In this document: piece after piece, positions 58,357-64,000 of the stretch
Position numbering within the stretch: position 1 is the first letter of the stretch
Layout of the letters: each line of letters starts with the position of its first letter
Assembly (NCBI GenBank): GCA_036172245.1
Contig: JAYWIR010000011.1
Span: 2,170,001 to 2,234,000 of the forward strand
Length of the DNA stretch: 64,000 nucleotides
Direction: 5' to 3'
DNA from: Raillietiella orientalis
Lineage: Eukaryota
The notes under the pieces: model-generated
What the model was told of the DNA's origin: nothing
Database searches by the model: none
Seen by the model: only the letters and a program-made list of their open reading frames with translations
Translations under genes and position numbers: made by a program

Positions 58357-59380
58357 TTTGCACCCGCTTACGCCGGAACATTTATTTAAAAATAAGTAAA
58401 CCACAAGTCAGAGAAAGAGCTATCCCCTAAATACAAAATACAAAAAAAAACTTTATTGGGGATGACCACCGGCACTCAGGCGGGATTTTAGGGGAGTCCG
58501 GAGCGGGAGGGGGCAATAAATATGGGAAAAGCAGAAGGGAGAGGAAGGACAAGCAGCCGTCCTCAGCATTGAGGATGTCACGCGAGTGGCCTTCCTTCAC
58601 TGCGAACGAGACTCCATCATGCAACGGGCTGCGACGATGGCGCGGATGCAGCATCTCGTTGTGATGACAGCGGCCGCCGTCAGCTCGCCTTGCTTGAAGA
58701 AGCGCCGCAGCAAGTCCTTGGCGGTGTCCGCCGCATGTCCTCCAGGGCACTACAGCCCAACAGGAAGAGTGGGAACGCTTCCATCGTCCGCACCTTGAAC
58801 AGTTCAGGGAGGCAACTCCCACGGAAACCAGATGCCTGCGCTAGCTGCACTGGAGTCCCCCTGATGCAGAAACAGAACATCCTATTTCCACCGGAGCAGA
58901 AACACGGAGGTGTCCACACACAATGAAGGAACCACGAGTTCTTGAGGAGGCACGCTAAGCAGGTCGCTCCTTCGTTAGGGAACGAGAAGTGGCTCCGTCT
59001 ACCAACTCCCTCGTCTTGCAGACGTTTAGGAGTTTCTTGACTCCTGAAGTGGGTGCAGCAAAACTCCCATCCCGCCAGTTGGCAGCTGCCGTTGGTTGCC
59101 CCTAGGGCAGGCAGCGCTGCGGCAAGGGGCAGGAAAGCTATCCGGAACTTCTACGTCCAGTCCTGTCCTCCTAGTGGTTTGCAGAGGTTCCGCAACGGAC
59201 GTAGTTCATCTGAGCGCAGTTCTAGAGTGGCAACCCAGGACTCCAATGCCTCATGCTGCCAAGCATCCCAGATTTTTGGGTGGCAGGGGATCCAAGGGTA
59301 GGATTCCAGCAATGAGGACAGTTGCCTCGGGGGCGACTGTCGTCATTGTTGGAATAATTCCGACACATGTGTTACTCTCC
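58357..59380 (-). mobile_element. Tx1/L1-like LINE 3' fragment
   Basis: DVLFLHQG.TPV..VASLNCSRCG..EAFPLFLLGC (zf-RVT/CCHC-like). The UTR shares a 22-mer with the 37.5-kb copy and ends AATAAATGTTCCGGCGTAAGCGGGTGCAAA. 5' boundary approximate. Confidence 0.65.
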
Positions 59381-60209
59381 ATTCAGATAACTGTAGAAAC
59401 TTCATTCTAAATATCTTTATGCATGCAAATGCAAATCTCGTGAGTTAACATTAAAAGATTTAAACAAAGTCTCAACCTTGAAATTCAATATACCTTTCAT
59501 CTACATTGTACATTAAAGTTATATTGAATATTAGGTACAACTATAATGAACCAAAATGAGCCAAAATACGGAAAATTTATCATTTAAGATGATATAAATA
59601 TCGTTTTTGAAACTCAGAGAATTGAGAATATCCAAAATTTCAATGTAATAGATAAATTGTAATGTACAAATATTAATACAGTTAGCCCTTTTTCTCTTAA
59701 TGTTTGCGTCTCATATGCAGATTGTATTTCATCTTCGGTTTCTTATTCCATGATAAATAAAAATGCTATACAAATTTACGTTTCAAATCATATCCCGTTT
59801 TTACTGAAGACTGAAGTAAAATTCGGGATGAGTAATTCGATAAGGGATCAAAAAGTTGTTATGCAATTAATATGTTACAACGGAAATCATTAGAAATTGT
59901 TGTCATTAGGAAACAAAGTAAATGATGAAATATCATATTGTAACAAAATAATTGTGCAATTTTTTTTTCATTTGGCAACTCATAAGTGATATTGAGACGG
60001 TGTGGAGATCGCAAGTACTCATGGCTGTGCATCGTGTCCCGATAATATTGTATTATCTTGAGGAAATAGACATATTCCATAAGTGTTCATGAAAATATAG
60101 AAGGTAGTCTAAATGTCCAATCATGCTGAAGTTTGCAAAATGTAAAATTCATTATAAAATTTAATTTAATGGCATTCTCAAGTTAGCATGTACATGTAAT
60201 TAGAGACTG

Positions 60210-63200
60210 ATGCTCACATCCAGGATCCATCTTTTAAAAATTCAATATTGGAGACGAACTGTTCCATCGAGAGATGCAAATTTTCTTTCGAGGTTTCTGA
60301 AAAATGTGAAGGACGAATTTCAGAAAAGCAGAGAAATGAAAGATAACCTGAAGAAATTCAGGGAAGAAGCTTCAAGACTGGAACAGTCAGATGCTCTAAA
60401 AAAGGCAAGGTATGTTTGCCATATTATTGTATTGTCTTTTCCCTAAGATTAATTTCTATGCATTTTGATGCATATGTTTGTGTGGCATGAGCTCGCCACC
60501 GATCTCATTGTATCTGCCCACCTGTAAGTTTGTATGAGACTCGATGCTGTGGTACATTTATTCAGGAAAATGAGATGCATTTATTTAATGCATTTATTCG
60601 TTTCATAGATAATGATGGTTTATATGCAAGTTTAAATATCCACGTGTTGGTTGCTCATTATTATGTGCATTAAAAGATTGTGATAGTGAAGTTTAGTCCG
60701 GTTTTGTACTTCGCCCTCGTTTATATCAGTTCAGATACTTGTTGGAAATAAAGTATCTTTTTGTTTCTTAATGACCAGAATTCTAATCCCAGTTGCTCTG
60801 AAACCATTCCCTGTAAAATTGAACAAATTTCAAATCTTTTCAAGTTTTGCAACTTTTTTAATTAAAAATATGAATAGGAAAATTTCGAAAGTGAATTGTT
60901 CAAAATTTTTGCATAAAAGTGCAACTCATGTGTTGAACAGGAATTGATACTTTTAAGCTAATTATATGGAGAATGGATTTCTCATTCATAATTGGAATGA
61001 CAGGTTGTTGCCTGTTTATTCCTCATTTGAACCAATAAATGTGCTTACTAAAAGAAAAGGGATTTGTTCATTCATTGAACAAAATAACTGTATGGAGCAT
61101 GTTCTGTTATCATTGGTAAGCTTTAGGAAATTATTTTGCATCTTAATAGAAAGTAATTCTGTATCTCAATAAAATACGTGGTGTTCCTCAAAATAATGTC
61201 AAATACAAAGTATACGGCATAATGCACAGCATTTTCAAATGCCTTTTGGATTGAAACTGCCCATACTGTTATATGGTTTTGCATATAAAATCACTCTATA
61301 GGAGTTCATGGATCTTGACACTTCATGCATTTTTAGTGAGTGTGGAATAAAGAGTGAGTCTGAGTTACATTCAATGAAGTTTTTGCCTAAGAAAGCTAGA
61401 GCATTCTGTTTATAACAAAGCAAAATGGTTTCTTGATGTGGAGAGTGAGAGGTACTAATATTTCACATGAGTTTACTTAGGATTTTTATGATTCTAAATT
61501 TGGAGTGAGCATGCATTGGTAAGGTGGAATAGTAAATATTGCATAAAATTTGTGAACTGCATATAGATATTCAGGATGCATGTTAAATGTAATTTTTCTG
61601 CAGCAGAAAAATAAATAGCATAAATAATAAATTTTGTTTTGATGAATTTTTCAGAGAAAAATATCAGTCAATAGAAATGGAAACTATGAGGAATACAATT
61701 GTTATTAAAGAAAGATTTGAAAACATCAGGGAGAAAATCCAGGAAACCATCGAGGAGGCGCAAAAAGTGGAAATTGTTAAGAAAGCTGGTATGTAAAATT
61801 ATATGCTAAGTAACTCTAGCTATGTTTTATATTGATTGTTTGATTTTATAAAATATTGGGTGCAGTTGATGTAGGATACATGTGATAAAAGTGATAAAAG
61901 AGCATATTAAACTTTTCTGAATTTAGGATGTTTTTTATTGCAATAATTATTAATAAAGGATTTTAATTGTAAGTTTTTTGTTGTTGTTTTCTTTAAGTCT
62001 TTCAAAATGATTGAGGAGACCACCCAAAAAAAATTTCATGATGAACTTAATTGGATGATGTCAGGAATGTTTATATTCTTCGTGTTGAAATGTTCATTTA
62101 GTTTTCCATGTTTTTTAATCTTTTTGAGCAGGGACTTATTGTGTAAAAATTACTAATTTTATCTTTCAGTTGCTTTAGAATACTTTGTGGAAGTTCATTT
62201 TTCAATACTACTTGGAAATCATGTATTTTGGCATTTTGCATTACTTAAAATATAAGCATATCCTACAGATATTAGTTCTTTTTAAACCCAATTCAGAATT
62301 GTGACCTTTTGATTGTGACCATTTTTGTTTTAATGCTTATAGTCATACTTGCTGTATTGTACGTTGATGCCATGGAATTTTCCAAATGCTAGGAACTTTT
62401 TAAGGAAGGAAAGTAAATCATGAATAAGTTCATGAATGAAATTTTCCTTGTTTTTGTAATGTGATCACAAATTCCGAATTTCAGCAAACCAATTTCGTTT
62501 CGAATCGAAAATTCTGCAATAATTTAAAACGAAAAAAACTACATGTATTAATTTTTTCTCACATCATTTTAATCCATTGTACTTGAAATTCACTATAGCA
62601 CCATGCTTATGCTTGCGAAATAAAAAAATTCTAGAGTTAGCGCCCGTTTTCCGGAACTTAAATGACTGATTGAGTGTTTTTTTTTGAGCGCCCCTCCTAA
62701 TTTTAATTTTTTACAAGGTCAAATCACTGAAGAATTCAGTAAATCAGCCAAAGATGCTGCAGAAAGCTTGAGTGATAAAAGTTCCAAGTTGGCACAAACA
62801 AAGCCTGTACAGTCTCTCGTTCAGGGTGTTAAAGCAGTCAAACAAGAAATAGATGAATCCACGAATTATAAAACTAGCGTTTATCACCCTCCTGAAAAGC
62901 TGCGATTTCGAAAAGAACCTGTAGGAAATGAAAGTTTCTGGATAAAAGCTAATGTAAATGCAACTCAAGTTGAATTACATAAAGATTCTCGTCTCTGGGA
63001 AAGCTGGAAACATTTCAAAGACCATAATCCATACATCAATAAGGTTTTGGATTGGAAAACTCAGTATAATGAAAGTGACCATGTGATCATCCGTGCATCT
63101 CGCCATCTCACAGATCGTATAAGTGACCTATTTGGTGGAATCTTTCAGAAAACTGAAATGTCAGAAGCACTCACAGAAATTTGTAAACTTGATCCTGATT

Positions 63201-63631
63201 TTGATAAAGTGTTTTTTTTGCAGCAGTGTCAGTTTGATATCATTCCCAACGTATTAGAAGCATTAATGCAAGGAGAACTTAACATTTTGCGTGACTGGTG
63301 TCATGAACCAGCCTACAATGTACTTTCTACGCCTATATTAGAGGCAAAGAAACGTGGCTTGGTGTTTTCATCGAAAGTACTAGATATTAGCAATGTAGAC
63401 TTGTTAATGGGTAAAATGATAGAACAAGGCCCAGTGTTGGTTGTTAATTTCCATGCCCAGGAGATACACTGCTTGCGTGATCATCTAGGAAGAATAGTCG
63501 ATGGAAGCTTAAATAAAGTAATCAAAGTAAACTACGTGTGGGTGATGTGTCGGGACCCTGTTGAAATTGACCCTAAAGCTGCTTGGCGTGTAATGGAAGT
63601 AGGGAGTAATTCCATGGATCAAATGTTATGA
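60210..63631 (+). CDS. TIMM44: Mitochondrial import inner membrane translocase subunit TIM44, at least 3 exons
   Basis: Exons 60210-60409, 61655-61788, 62718-63631. KSREMKDNLKKFREEA..LEQSDALKKAR, VELHKDS, FQKTEMSEALTEICKLDP, LRDWCHE, GKMIEQGPVL, WVMCRD..AAWR. The true start may be in an upstream exon. Confidence 0.96.
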
Positions 63632-63714
63632 TCACTCAAAAAATAAAGAATGTAAACAAAAAGCAATGCATATTTCTTGTTGACTAGTCAATACTTTACT
63701 TTAAACAAAATGAA

Positions 63715-64000
63715 CTAATGGCTAAGTATACGTAGATTTCCAGATACAATCTTGTTTTCCAAGATAGCTCCTGATGGAATATCAATTCGTTCACCATGGC
63801 CAGCAATAATGATAACAGTGCCCTGTAATGAAATTAGTTGTTGCTAAAATTGTTCACTTAAATACCCTCAAAGATATATGCTTTCCAAATGTCACATCCC
63901 CTGATACAGTCAGATGATCAAGTTCCAGAAGATCAGGTATTGTTTGGAAACGTTTTAGAAATTCACAGACTTTGGTGAAATGATTTTCACCAAGTTTAAC
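63715..64000 (-). CDS. UGP2: UTP-glucose-1-phosphate uridylyltransferase, last two exons (runs off the window)
   Basis: [72 protein letters not shown]; 43-nt intron 63823-63865. Confidence 0.96.

Overview
AT-rich eukaryotic (animal, probably arthropod/ecdysozoan) genomic DNA. It holds 11 spliced housekeeping-type genes, all reconstructed by hand with GT-AG introns: TFIIS (-), RAB5IF/C20orf24 (-), a stand-alone NYN/Regnase-like RNase (+), eRF1 (-), AP-1 sigma (-), EFCAB2/DRC8-like (+), ECH1 (-), NDUFAF3 (+), muskelin (-), TIMM44 (+) and the 3' end of UGP2 (-). Many introns are only 41-55 nt. All four convergent gene pairs are packed tail-to-tail, with stop codons 12, 14, 83 and 184 bp apart, while all other intergenic gaps are 2.5-16 kb and carry decayed transposons. 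A GC-rich block (~37.4-51 kb) contains an H2B pseudogene, an R1-like LINE, Tx1/L1-like pieces and a Helentron-type Rep/PIF1/APE remnant split by a 439-bp LINE insertion with a perfect 15-bp TSD. A degenerate LRP1-like YWTD/EGF fragment lies next to that element. Other points: tandem duplicated last exons in AP-1 sigma, and ECH1 lacking its C-terminal PTS1. I found no clear-cut novel system. All family calls come from remembered motifs, not from searches.
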